Shown in pieces: positions 36,209-49,639 of a stretch of 64,000 bases of DNA (position 1 is its first letter; every line of letters begins with the position of its first letter). Source of the DNA: the human T2T-CHM13v2.0 reference genome, Homo sapiens. Position numbers and translations under genes: made by a program. The DNA is taken from assembly GCF_009914755.1 (NCBI RefSeq), contig NC_060935.1; one strand, given 5' to 3'. The notes beneath the pieces were generated by a model, which made no database searches, was not told where the DNA came from, and saw only the letters and a program-made list of their open reading frames with translations.

Positions 36209-39200
36209 GTATGTAGAACATACAGTTTTAAGATACATTCTTTGAAAATAGTGGAATGTAATAATTTGAATGTGTTTTAATATAACTACCAGTATGTATA
36301 GAGATGTGTATGTGTTTCAAGCTGTTCTGGTTTTTTTTTTTTTGCTTGTACAGTTTTGACATCTATGTTTTCTCTTTTAAGTTGCATTTTTGCAATCAGA
36401 ATACCTTTGATATCAGTAATTATTAATAATATATTGTTCAGTGTGCTTGCAAATCATAGGTTTCTACCTACTTGTCAGGTGTGCTGGCAATAGTGGGAAT
36501 GCTGAAATGTGTTTCTTAGAAAACATGAGTCAAAATAATCAACACCTGATATTGAGATCACACAAATCTTCCAGTTCTTGCATGACATTTTTTGTGGTGT
36601 TCCAGTATATAGAGCAACTTCACAGTAACTTTGGAATAGATACTTTTAACAGCAGGCCTGTTGGTAAATACTTTTTATTACCTGAGAGATGCATTGTAGT
36701 AAGAGCTTTGAGTAAATAAAAGAAACATTATTCACTCTTATATTAATATTTCCTTGACCCGCCAGAATAACTGACAAGTGAGTACTCAGTAAATGTTGGC
36801 TTGTTAGTTGGTTGGTTATGTTGTTAGGAAAGAATGCAGATATAAACATGAATGCAAAAGTAAATTTAAATATTCTTATACTTAGGTGCTAAACAACGAG
36901 TTGGTAAGTAAAATCTGTAGGGAACCAGAAAAATGTAGATTAAATGTGTTCTAGGGCTGTAAGAGAAGCTCCACAGAAAAGACAGAATTTGAACTGAAGC
37001 TTAGAAGTCAGGCAAATGAAGAAAGATGGAGGTAATTTAAGTGAAAGTCACAGTGTTGCCAAAAATCTGGAAAGGCAATGATTAACCCTCTTTGGAAAGG
37101 ATGAATCCAATCAGTCTTTAATCAATTAAATAAAAGCAAAGTCAATCCAACAAAATGAAACAAAAGACAAAGTCAATCAAACAAAAGCAAAGATTTTGTT
37201 CTGGGTAGTAGCATAGAAAAGCCATTTAGGGCCAGCTTGGTGAAGATTATGAATGCCTCAGCAAAATATTAGAGTAACCAAGGGAATTTAGGGAATTTTT
37301 GAAGCATTTGAAGAACTATGATGAAAATGGTATTAATTAAGTTGCTAGTTGGACAGATTAAAATCAAAGGAAGACTTGAAGGTACTTAAAGGCAGAGGGG
37401 AAGGAGGCAGAGGAGGGGTGAGGGTGGAAATTGGAAGTAATGGATTTGTGAACACAAGTTAAGAAGGTAGCATTAGAAGGAAGAATCTAATTTCTGTAAA
37501 AACCAGGGAAGGATAAGATGTTGGATAATAAGAAAGATGTGTTTTGAAATGAGGAGAACAATAGTTTATATAAGGAGGTTATTTCATAGAGTTAAAAAAA
37601 ATAATAATGGTATGTATAAAATGTAATGTCTTTAGAAAGGGTAGCCAGCTTGGAATTGGAGACTTAAATAAAAGGAAGGAAATCTGCAACATAGGATTTA
37701 ATGGGCAAACATCTAAGTGAATTAAAAAGATCTTTGAGCAGTAATAACTCATTCAGAGTCATGAAAAACCAGGCTTACATGGATAATTTTCAGATGGTAG
37801 CATTGAAAAGAGATCATGGTCGTCTTCTGATAGATATACACTGGTGGAGTATGAACATATGAATAATCACAATATGCCCAATATAAGTTGATACTGTCAC
37901 AGTGTTGTTTTTTTTTTTTCTACTGTTTTGGAAATAAAGAATAAGGAAAGTTCTTTTCTGGTGAGAATCCCAATATAGTAGGAATTAAATTCAGTCATGA
38001 ATGGTAAATTGATAGAATTCTATATCTGAAAGAAAACATACAATGAAAACATAATTTAATTCATAAGATTAAGCAGAAACTCCTGATGGTTTATTATTAG
38101 CTATTGTTACCGAGTTTTTTCACAAAGTTATTTTCTATTACCAGTAGCTCATTAAAATAAATGATGTCTTACTATTTTAATCATCTCTATTAGGAACACT
38201 TAATAGTGTTAATTTTATTCTCCCTTTTTAATGTACTATGCCACTGAGAGAAACAAGATCATTCTATTCAGAGAGTTCAGTTCCAGTCAGATGCGTTCCA
38301 ATTAATAGACCTTCTTTGTTGTTGACTTGAAATATTTGTTGACTTGGAAAAAAATATAAGCAGTCATGCGGAGAACACCTAAATAGTCATGTCATTATCT
38401 GACACTTTAGTTCAAAGAGATTTAGCTGCCTTACAACAATGAGATTACAACTATTGAAGGAAAAGTAGGAGCATTACCTTCGAAATCAAGAATCATTGGT
38501 TTTTATTCTAAAAGAATTGATTAAAACTCGGTATTAAGAGCAGTAGGTATAGGAAATACCAAAGAGATACCTAAGAGGTTGAATATCAAAGGTTTATTTT
38601 TTTAAACTGACTTAGAGATATTTAATATGACTTTTTACTTGCTGAAATATGTTCTGCATTGGCAGCATACAGGGACTAAAGAGCAGGTTTAAAATAGCTC
38701 CATAAATGATCTCTCCAAGACTAATCAACTATACCTAGCTATAGAGTGCTGGAGGAGCAAGGGAAGAAGCTATGCAACACAAGACAAAGAAGTACCAAGT
38801 CTCATATTTGTTGTCTAGATTTTCATTTTCACCTGACCTCTAATTGCATCTCCTAAATACGTGGAAGACCTGTTAAAGTTTAGAAGACCCTTAAAACATT
38901 TTAGACATGATTCAGCGTTTTTTCTTGAAATGATGGTAGTACAGTAGATGGAGTGGATTACCCAAGTAGATTTCTCTTTTAATCGAATGAATACCTTATT
39001 GCTCTTCTAGAAGCAGTCATTCTTTCCAGTTTCAAATGTATGGTCAGAGATTATTGACTTGATTATCATTTTAAGTGTACAAAAATGTTTTGTTAATTTC
39101 TTCGTTACATATGATTAGTATTGATTAATGTCTGAGATAATGCTATACCCTTGCTTATTTTGGTGGTCTAAATAGCCACTTATTCCACAGGTGTTTGTGT

Positions 39201-39823
39201 TGTGCTACAACAGAATTAAATACATAACATCCACATGTAATTAATGTAAACTTTCTGCCATTGATCCCTTCAGCAGTTAATGAATTAGCAATAATTGTGA
39301 GTAAATATTCAATAAAGGACTTGTAGCATGTATCACATGATGTTTCTATGAATCTTGGGTATAAATTCCCCTGTTGTCTACTGGAAAAGTTTTCTACAGT
39401 GAGAAGATATGGTTATCTTTTAGGATTAAAAATGAGAAGACAGGGCCATATATTATTGTGGATTTGCCTCAGTCACATAATATATTGACTTCTCACAGTG
39501 CAAGTAATCTTAAATATAGGGTTAGTTAAGGACTGGGCCACAAAAGAGTCGATAACTCTCTTATTTGTTTCTATATCACTGTAGGAGCCAGTCGTGTTAT
39601 AGGCTTTATTCAGATTTTTCATGAAAAGATTTAAACAGAACATGTGTTACGTGTTTAAAGTATTTTTCTTTTCATTTTTGGAAACTCCTTTAAAGTCAGA
39701 TTATAACCACACTAATTTATATTAATGTTATTACTTTATTATGACAACATATTTTAGGCCAATTACATCAACCACCTTGCACTAGATATCACTGTGAATG
39801 GCTTTTGGTTGCTGCAAGAAGCC

Positions 39824-39825
39824 AA

Positions 39826-39864
<39 letters not shown>

Positions 39865-39866
39865 AT
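39824..39866. repeat. (AAAT)n tetranucleotide STR, ~10 units
   Basis: Direct reading of the sequence. Confidence 0.95.
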
Positions 39867-40725
39867 CATATTTGGATATATGGAATCTCACAGATTTTAC
39901 ATAATTCATATTCATACAATGTAAACTTTAAGCTTACAACAAATATTCATTATCAACTGCTGTATACCCAAAGGAGTGCCTGGAAGTACTCTTTTTGTTG
40001 TTACTCTTGCCATGACTAGTGAATTACAATGATTAGTCATTTGTGGAAGATAATATTGAAACTATTAACTTTGGCTAATAATCAAATGTATGTTAAACAG
40101 CTACTGTGTTCCAGACTGTTTATTAGTCACTGGAGATACAGCATTGAACAAAAGTGACAAAGTCTCCGCTGTTATAGAGATTGTGTTTTGGTCCATGGGG
40201 AGTTTATCATTTTTTTGGAGATGTTTTGGTGTGACTCTATCTCCTGCCATTTAGCCATGGTTTATAGATTGTAGTAGCCTCACCTATACCCTATGTCCTA
40301 CCAGCCCATGTGGATGGTAGTAATTTTCTTCCACTCTTTGTATTTTTTCACCATCCTCAATTTGGCTTCTCACTTCTTCCCTCACCTGAGTCATTAGTTC
40401 CCTCTAATGAATTTCTTCCACTTAACTTATGCAGTCGTGTTTCTGCCTGGATCTGCACTGTTACACAAGGTTAGAAAAGCTCTCTGAACAGAGCCCCGAA
40501 TAAAGAGGAGAAATATATAGGGGAATTGCATTTGCAGCGTACAAGAACTAAAGAACAGGTTTAAAATAGCTCCATAAATGAGATATTTTAAAAATATATA
40601 TCTTAAAAAAGTTTAAGAGATAATAAGAGTAAGAGAGTATTTTATATCTATAAAAATATATCTTTAAAAAGTTTAAGAGACACTAAAGTAAGAGAGGATG
40701 TGGAGTTGGTAAGTATAGACAAATC

Positions 40726-41339
40726 TGGCAGTATGTTTGGGTTACCTCCTAGGGCTTGAGAGAATGTGCTTCTCTTCCCACCTCCATAGTCAGTGAGGTC
40801 ATGTCTGATAGCTTCCCATCACTCACAGTGGTAGTAGTTATTCCACAGAAATTGACCAACATCATTCCCATGGTGTGAATGTGTCCCCTGTAATTCATAT
40901 GTTGAAATTTAATCACCAATATGATAATACTAAGAGGTAAGACTTTTAGGAGATGATTAAATCATGAGAATAAAGCCCTCGTGGATTAGATTAGTGCCTT
41001 GTGAAAGGGCTTGAGGGAGTTGATTGACTCTCTTCTGCTCTTCCACCATGTGTGTTCCTCCCCCTTTGCTCTTTTGCTCTTCTGTTATGTAAGGACACAG
41101 CAGTAAGGCACCATCTTAGAAGCAGGGAGCAGACTTTACCAGGCATCAAAGCTGCTGGTGCCTTGATCTTGTACTTCCCAGCCTTTAGAACTGTGATAAA
41201 TAAATTTCTGTTGTTTATAAATTAACTAATTTGTGGTATTTTGTTATAGCAGCTCTCTAACAAAGACAACCATAAAGTAGGTCTTATGTATTTATCTATC
41301 ATTAGACCTGGCTATTAAACATTTGTCAGAATACCACTG
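40726..41339 (+). mobile_element. MER63-like hAT element interrupted by an MST LTR
   Basis: tctcttcccacctcc...cagtgaggtcatg and terminal ttaaacattt...accactg. 8-bp TSD gacaaatc/gacaaatt at 40718-40725 and 41340-41347. Confidence 0.7.
40866..41268 (+). mobile_element. MST-family (ERVL-MaLR) solo LTR
   Basis: atggtgtgaatgtgtcccc...gccttgatcttgtacttcccagcc...aaataaatttctg...aagaca. TSD atcat/accat. Confidence 0.8.
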
Positions 41340-42934
41340 GACAAATTCTAAGAAGTTTGTATGTAAAGTGAAATAAAGAAATAAGTCAGCAGGTGAAAGG
41401 AGGAAATAAGGACGAAGAAGATATAAGTTAAAGATATATGATTATTTTATAATAATTATAACAATATACTAATTATGCTAAAATATATTTATACACTTAT
41501 TTGAATGATGAGAATGAAGTGGAGAGAGGAAGTTTTATATTGCTGGAGAGATTTAGGATATAGTTCCAGGAGCAAATGGAAGACATACAAGTTGCTGGGA
41601 AGAAAACTTGGGAGGCTTTCTGGGTCAAACTGAGTGTTAGAGATATATAGAACTTGCCTAGAGTGGGGGATTATTCCAGGGAGAAAAAATAGCTTGAATG
41701 GCTCAGAAGGGTGAACTAGCTTGGAATGTCAGGAAAATGTCATGCTATTGGGAGGCCTGGCTGGGGTGGCATCCAAATATTAGGCCAAGGAAGAGCTTGT
41801 AGATCTTGCTATGAAACTTGGTCTTTTCCCAAAAGATGCTGGTGAAATACTGAGGAGTTTTAAACAGGAACTGAAAGCAAATTTGCCCTTTATATGGGTC
41901 ACCCTGCCAATGTTATATCAAATAGAAAGGAAGAAGACTAGGCTGGAGGCAAATACATCACATTAAATATTTTTTAGTGTCAAGCAAATGGAAGACTTTA
42001 TCTTTTGAGTTTTGAGAAAGGAGTGATCTATGGTTGCTGCAAAAAGCCAATAAATAAATAAATAAATAAATAGGACTGAGCAATATCACTGTTAGCCTCA
42101 TAAAAATCATGTCATTAGGAAGATGCAAAGGAAAGGTCTGGCGATGGTACATATTGCTGTGAATTACTGAGGGCATTGGCGACCACTAAGTGGAGAGAGT
42201 TAGTGTACAAAAAGAGGCACATAGCAAATGGGCCTATTTCTAAATTCTTCCTGTTTCTACATTTCCCCAGAACTATGAGAATGATTGATTTTATACTGAT
42301 CTGGCTTGTGATTAGCAGCAGAAGATGAATGGCAAATACAGATGTATACCTGTGTATATACACCTGTGTATATATACATACCTGTGTATATATCTAGATG
42401 GATCTGTCTCAGGATGAGGATTAACCTATTGTATCTTAAAGTATATATGCTTTGTATAATGAAACACTGTAGTTCTAGCCTCATGTGAGTCAATGTGGAA
42501 ATCATTTAAGATAATGATGAAACTTAATATGGCTTATTTGCTATCACAATATAATAAATCATTCAATGAATGTGAACTGGGCATAAATTCTACAGCCTCA
42601 GAAATCAAGGAAATTTTTTTATCAGGAAAATGAGAGGCACATTATAAGTGTACTACAATTTAAGTGTCCATCCGTTCTCAGGAAAGAGGATAAATATTTT
42701 TTCCCTTGGTTTCTCATTTTATGAACATTAATTATATGCTGTCACACTTTTTAGTAGGTGACAGCTCACTTAAAATACTACAGAAATATAAAAATTGCTT
42801 AGTAAATAAAGAATTCACCAGTCATTAAGTTTTGTTCATTCCAGCCATTTTACAAACCCAAATATAGGAGTAAATACCAAATTTTTGTTTTCTATCCAAT
42901 TTTCACAATGTTCCTTCTTTTTGTTTTTTTCTTT

Positions 42935-43236
42935 TCAGTTTTTGGAGACAGGTCTTGCTGTGTCTCCCAGGCTAGAGTGCAGTGATATGGTCATGGCTCA
43001 CTGCAGCCTTGACCTTCCACGATCTAGGGAAGGATCTATGGATCCTCACATGTCAGCCTCCTGAGTAACTGGGACCAAAGGCTCAGACCACCATGCCTGG
43101 CTAATTTTTATATTTTTTGTAGAGGCAGGGTTTTGCCATGTTGCTTCAGGCTAATCAAACTCCTGGGCTCAAGTGATCAGCCCACCTCGGCCTCCCAAAG
43201 TGCTGTGACTACAGGAGTGATCTACTGTGCCTGGCC
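42935..43236 (-). mobile_element. AluJ
   Basis: Antisense dimeric Alu ending tgcctggcc. Confidence 0.85.
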
Positions 43237-45299
43237 AAAATGTAACTTTTTAGTTTTGAAAATAAACAAATCATACAATTACTGGACCTGGAAGTAGAGT
43301 TATTATGGTGAAGCAGTTTCTTTTTATGGATTGTTATATTTTTATTAGAATTGTTCTGTTCCTAAAAGTTGCTTAGAGTCTCTGTTATCCAGTATTTTCC
43401 ACTTGATTTTACTATGTAACATGGAAGAAAATAAGAATTATGAGGGATTTTCTTGGTAACATAATTTATTAATCAATGTCAAAAACACCACATAATGTAC
43501 TGACTGAATGGCTAAGAAGGCATATGTCAGTTTGCCAAATGAGCCTAGTGTTAATGGACTAAGTAATTTCAAAGGAAGCAAAAGGACAAGGGTTTTGTGC
43601 CATTATCATTATTATCAGGAACATTTTTAAGTACTCATTTTCTTGATACACTTGTTAATCATTTTATGTATTTGCTTGTTGTTTTTCCCTGATGCATAGT
43701 GTTGGTCTTCGGCCAAGACATCTTCTATTTAAGAACAGAGAAGACTCACTACATGGCTATTTTCTATTGGCTTTAAAGGCCCATATATTGCATGGCATTG
43801 ATTTTATTTGCTCGGGTCTTTAGATTTGAACTTCATAAAACATAAAAGAAAATCTCCTGTTTTTTTTTTTTGCGGGGGGGTGGTCTTGTTCTTGGATAAA
43901 ATGGCCTGTTTTTTCTTGAATATACATCTAAGATATATTCAGTTTGTGCAGAAACCAGGAACTGAATTAGTATGGAGCTGAGTCTTGATCAGTCTGAGGT
44001 GTTTCTTTTGACGAAAGCCAACATTGTTTAAAACAATGCATTTGATGTGACAAATGAAAATATAACATTTTTCTTAAAAGGTGGATTGTAGAAAGCTTAG
44101 TAACAATAATGTGTTTACCCAACAATGTCTGTTATTTGCCTTCACTTTCTTTGAAACTGTTTTTTTTTCCCACCCTCTTTCATTTTTTGTTATAGTTTAG
44201 CCTCTGTGGCAATAAAAGAGAATTTATATTTTATAAGAAATCCAGTCCTAGGTATTGATTCATTGATGTATTTAGGGGCCAAGAAGTCTGTCTGTAGTTC
44301 TTTCAAAAACTGCTTTTGATTTTTTTAAAATAGTGTGTTAAACAAGTAAGAAGCAAAATAATGAGTATCACAGAAATAGACTTTTATCACTCTGCTCCCC
44401 CTGGAAATAAAAGGATCCATTAAATAATCTTCCTTTGTGTAATACTGCATTGTCTACCTTCAGACCTTACAGTATTTAAAAGTACCAGGTGTTGAGGCGT
44501 GCAGATGGCATATGACCCTGCTAAGCTTTCTCTTATCCTGTAATCCTTAGGCCAGAAGAAAGTAAAAGGTGGGAGGGGAGAAAAGGGAGTACTGTATATT
44601 CTCAGGAAAGAATAAGGCAGTATGATGGCAGTGGAAAGAACCCTGGACTGTGAGTGTTTTTGTTTTGTTTTTGTCTTTTCTTTAAGTATCTTTGCTTCTT
44701 TCTAGCCATGTGACCTTGAGACAATCAGCCAGCTGGTTGGTTTTTAGTTTCCTTGTCTACAACATACCAAATTGAGGAGTTGTTTCCTAATTTCTCAGTT
44801 CATTATTGCTGTAAAGTGGTATAATTATTTTGAAAGAAATAAATTCTAAGATACAGATAATTCAATTCCGCATAATGTGTGAATGATAGTAGATAAATTT
44901 TGGTATAGTTCAGAAAATATTACAGGAATACTATGGAGAATACATGTCAAGTAGAGGATTTTTATGTTGCTTATTTTGTTTTCCTATTAGTGTTCTTATT
45001 CATTCATTAGCTCTGGTTGTACACACATCTCATCTTCTGAAAATTACATGTATGGGTTTAGGGATTTTTTTTCCCTTATGTAAGACAGTATAAAATTCTG
45101 TTTTTTATATTACTTTGACATGGCCTTAATATTTGCAAAAAAGATAGTTTTATATAACCAGAGCATGCAACTGATAGGGTTTTTTCTTCTGGAATTGTAA
45201 ATCATTTTATTTTCTTCTAGAATTATAAATCATTTTCATTTGAATCCTAGAATCTTATGAGACAAGATTTGTCTACATATGTAATATATATAGGCAAAT

Positions 45300-45337
45300 A
45301 TATATGTGTGTGTATATATGTATGTGTGTATGTAAAC

Positions 45338-45368
<31 letters not shown>

Positions 45369-45653
45369 TAGAGAGAGAAAGAGAGAGAGAGACAGGGTCT
45401 CACTCTGTCACCTAGGCTGGTGTGCATTAGCATAATCATAGCTCACTGCAGCCTCAAAATCCTGGGCTTGAGCAATCCTCTTGCCTCAGCTTCCCAAGTA
45501 GCGAGGACTACAGGTGTATACCACCACATCTGGCTAATTTTTTAAACTTTGTTGAAGAGCCAGGGTCTTGCTGTGTTGCTTAGGCTGGTCTCAAATCCCT
45601 GGCCTCAAGCTTTCAAATATTGGGAATGTAGCCATGAGCCACCACACCTGGCC
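45300..45653 (-). mobile_element. AluJ with a compound (TA)n(CA)n(GA)n microsatellite at its tail
   Basis: Microsatellite 45300-45392, then gacagggtctcactctgtcacc...cacacctggcc. Confidence 0.85.
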
Positions 45654-46204
45654 TGCCTATATCTTTAATAAGTTGCAACTTGATTTCCTGGTTTATGTAA
45701 AGTAGTACTAATTTGAGAGCCTCTCATGTTTATCTGAAACCAATAGTTTAAATAGCAACTGTTGTTACTATTATAAATATTGTTACTATTCAGCTACCAT
45801 GTATTACTCTGTATTACCATGCATTATTATTGAGTTACCATGGTAATGAAGGACATTCGCTTGATTTAAACAAACTTTTTAGTAGGGAGATGTATGCTCC
45901 ATATCTTTCTAGTTGGTATGGATGTACTCTAAGTTTGCCCTTTAATTCTTCTTTTTAGAAGGAATTTGTTTTTCTAAGATTAATATGCATATTTCTAAGG
46001 AAAATAAACACCAAATTTTGACAAACCATTAATTTCTTTAAATCCCTAGAAATAATGTGCTTCTTTCCCTTTTTAAATAATTTTGTAATTACATTCTAAA
46101 TTCTTTTCAAGTAGCTATAATGGCATTGAAGTTCTTTTGTTGTCCTGGCATTTTTTGTGTGTGCTTAATATACAGAGCTGCCTTGGTGATAATAATTTGT
46201 TTTA

Positions 46205-47058
46205 TTTAGTGCACACATCACCCGAGCAATGTACACTGTACCCAATATGTAGTTTTTTATCCCTCACCCGACTTCCAACATTCCTGCTCCGGAGTTCTTA
46301 AGGTTCATTATATCTTTCTTATGTCTTTGAGTCCTCAAATGTTAGCTTAGCTCTCACTTGTGAGTGAGAACACAGGATATTTAGTTTTCCATTCCTGAGT
46401 TACTTCACTTACAATAATGGCCTCCAGCTCCATCCAAGTTGCTGCAAAAGACATTATTTTGTTCCTTTTTATGGCTGAGTAGTATTCCATGTTGTATGTA
46501 TACATTTTCTTTACCTACTTGTTAGTTGATGGGCACTTAGGTTGGTTCCATATCTTTATTGTTGTGAATTGTGCTGCTGTAAACATGCATGTGCATGTGT
46601 CTTTTTCATGTAATGACTTCTTTTCCTTTGGGTAGATACCTAGTAGTGAGATTGCTGGACTGAATGGTTGTTTTACTTTAAGTTCTTTAAGGAATCTCCA
46701 TGTATTGTCCATAGTCATTACACTAATTTACATTCCCATCAGCAGTGTAAAAGTGTTCCCTTTTTACCACATCCATACCAACATCTATTGTTTTTAGATT
46801 TTTTAATTATAGCCATTCTTGCAGTAGTAAGGTAGCATCTCATTGTGATTTTAATTTGCATTTCCCTGATTATTAGTGATGTTGACCATTTTTTCATGTT
46901 TGTTAGCTGTTGTATGTCTTCTTTTTAGAAATGTCTACTCATGTCCTTTGTCCACTTTTTGATGGGATTATTTGTTTGTTTTTTTTTTTTGCTGATTTGT
47001 TTTAATTCTTTGTAGATTCTGGAAACTAGTCCTTTGTCAGATGCAAAGTTTGAGAATA
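46205..47058 (-). mobile_element. L1PB-type 3' fragment (ORF2 end and 3' UTR)
   Basis: ORF 46515..46718 (WRFLKELK...WNQPKCPS) and 3' UTR motif ttccattcctgagttacttcactta. Confidence 0.85.
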
Positions 47059-47249
47059 TAAGCAAATATTTTTAAGCAACTCAAAGTTAAAAGGTGGCTT
47101 AAAGATCACTGAACTCATCTGACTCAGTTGTGAGTTCAGAAAAGGAATTAAGAATAGAGGCAGACTAAGGTCAAGAACTCAGGCTCTCTGACAACCAGTT
47201 GAGTGTTGTTTCTTTTAATTTTTTCTTTTTCCAAGAGAATTTATTTTCT

Positions 47250-47415
47250 GCTTTATTTAGGTATAATTGACAAGTAAAATTATGTATTTTCAGGGAATAC
47301 ATATCTCTGGTATACATATGCATTGTGAAGTGATTACCACACTCAAGCTAATTAATGTATTTATCACCTCAAATAGTTACCTTTGTTGTGTGTGGTAAGA
47401 ATACTTAAGATCTAC
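47250..47415 (-). mobile_element. L1MA 3' end fragment
   Basis: ggtataattgaca...caagctaattaa...aatacttaagatctac. Confidence 0.6.
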
Positions 47416-48280
47416 TTGGCAGCAGTGTCTTTTCTCTTATGACCTGTTGCTGCTAAATACTGCAGACTGTATGAGTGAAGAAATATTTGTCCTTTGATAT
47501 CTCCTTTCTCATGTATACTCTCTCATAATTTTTCCTGCATTAAGAAGTAATCCTCAGCCTATATTGCCAAAAAATGTGAAATAATATCAATATTATGGTG
47601 CATTCATCTTATTGACCCTTTTTGGGGTATGAAGTACTGTCTGATTCCTTGCAATATAACTTCTAATACTATTAATAGGTTACAATATACTAGGTGTTCT
47701 TAAAACTAAGGTAAAGACTTTAATAGAGTCTTAATCTTTAATGTCCTTTAAGGATTTTGTTTTGATGCCATTTAAAAAAAATTAAAACTGGCAAATTTGT
47801 ATAATGTGAGCATTAACAGAAAGATAAAAAAATTAACCTATTAATAAAAATGCAAAGAACTTCTGTTCAAGTACCTTTGGTTTAGGGAAATACTGTCTCC
47901 CTTAGAAATATTTTATATGACTTTTTTTATTACCCTGAAAAATCTAATACTCAAAACAGTTAAAATATTCATTTTTATAGAGGAGGTTATAGAGAGGAAG
48001 TTAGGAAAGGGGGATTACCTGAAGGAAAACAATGATTTGGAATTGGCAAAATCTGTCTGGGTCTCTCTAGCAAGCAATAGGTCTTTCTTCAGTTGCTGTT
48101 AAAAAAACAAATTATGTGACAGTGATCACATCTCTAGATGCAAAGGATATTTAGGTTATACAAGAATAGCATTAATCATTGTTACTTTTGTTTTTTATAT
48201 ATTTTTTTCTTTCTTTTTTTTGTAGTGGTAAGACCTATTCCTATTCCTTCTCAATCCAGGAATAGGTTTGCATACTGCTA

Positions 48281-48362
48281 AGTTGCAGTGAGCTGAGATC
48301 ATGCCACTGCACTCCATCCAGGGTGACAGAGCAAGACTCCATCTCAAAAAAAAAAAAAAAAA
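48281..48362 (+). mobile_element. Severely 5'-truncated Alu with poly-A
   Basis: gttgcagtgagctgagatc...ccatctc plus A run. Flanks tgcatactgct / tgcctactgct look like a TSD. Confidence 0.85.
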
Positions 48363-49249
48363 TGCCTACTGCTTTTTATTGTTATGTAAATCCTTATTGC
48401 ATTTGGTATATTCTGCATATTGGGGTGGATTAGAGATTGGTCATTTTCTGCAAAGGAGAAAATGAAACATCTTTGTCACAAAAAGATGTAGAAAAAGTTT
48501 CAATTAGAAATGGAAAGAGTATTTTAATTTTCTCATCTTTGTTTTCAAATAATTAAGTATATTGTGTCACAGTTGATTAACCAGAGAATGCAAATTAATG
48601 TAATTGTGTGCAGTATGTCATCCAGGTCTAAGAGCCTCATAATCTTTTTGTTGATTGAATGAGAGAAAGAAAGAGTGGGTGAAAGTCTACAAAAGCTTGT
48701 GTTAATTAAGATATATCTCCTACTGGTAGAAAATCATGTTCAGACATTATCACATCGTTAGTCAGCTCATCACAGTATCACTTTGCAGAAAATCCTGTTT
48801 CTTTGTTTTTTTTTTCCAGTGGCTTTAATGAATTTCTTCTAAGAGGTCCTGTGAAAGGACTGAGCTGTAGTATTTGGATAACTGTGCCATTTTCTTAAAA
48901 AACAGTTTGAGCCTGCTGAGAAAGTAGATCATCTGGTTTGACATTTTGCTGCAAAAGAAGTAGCATTAATATATCTTTTTTTTTTTTTTGCTTAACAAAT
49001 AAAACATCAAATTATTTTGGCCTTTTCCTCATAATCAAATAGACAATAAGATGCTAATTAAATAACTGATAGGCAAAAATATGTGAGACTAAAGAACTAA
49101 ATAATTTTTCCATTTACTTGAACTTTTCTAAGGATAATTGTTATCATTTATCTATTTTTATAAAGAAATAAATTAATCATCAGTATGCCTTTATAAGATA
49201 AAATTAATTGTTCACATTTAAGAATTTATTAATATAATGATAAAAATAA

Positions 49250-49639
<390 letters not shown>

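Noticed and set aside
43680-43860. Possible extra exon after gtttttccctgatgcatAG
   Set aside because: There is an acceptor-like sequence but no NOX4 homology and no convincing donor, so it cannot be supported without transcript data.
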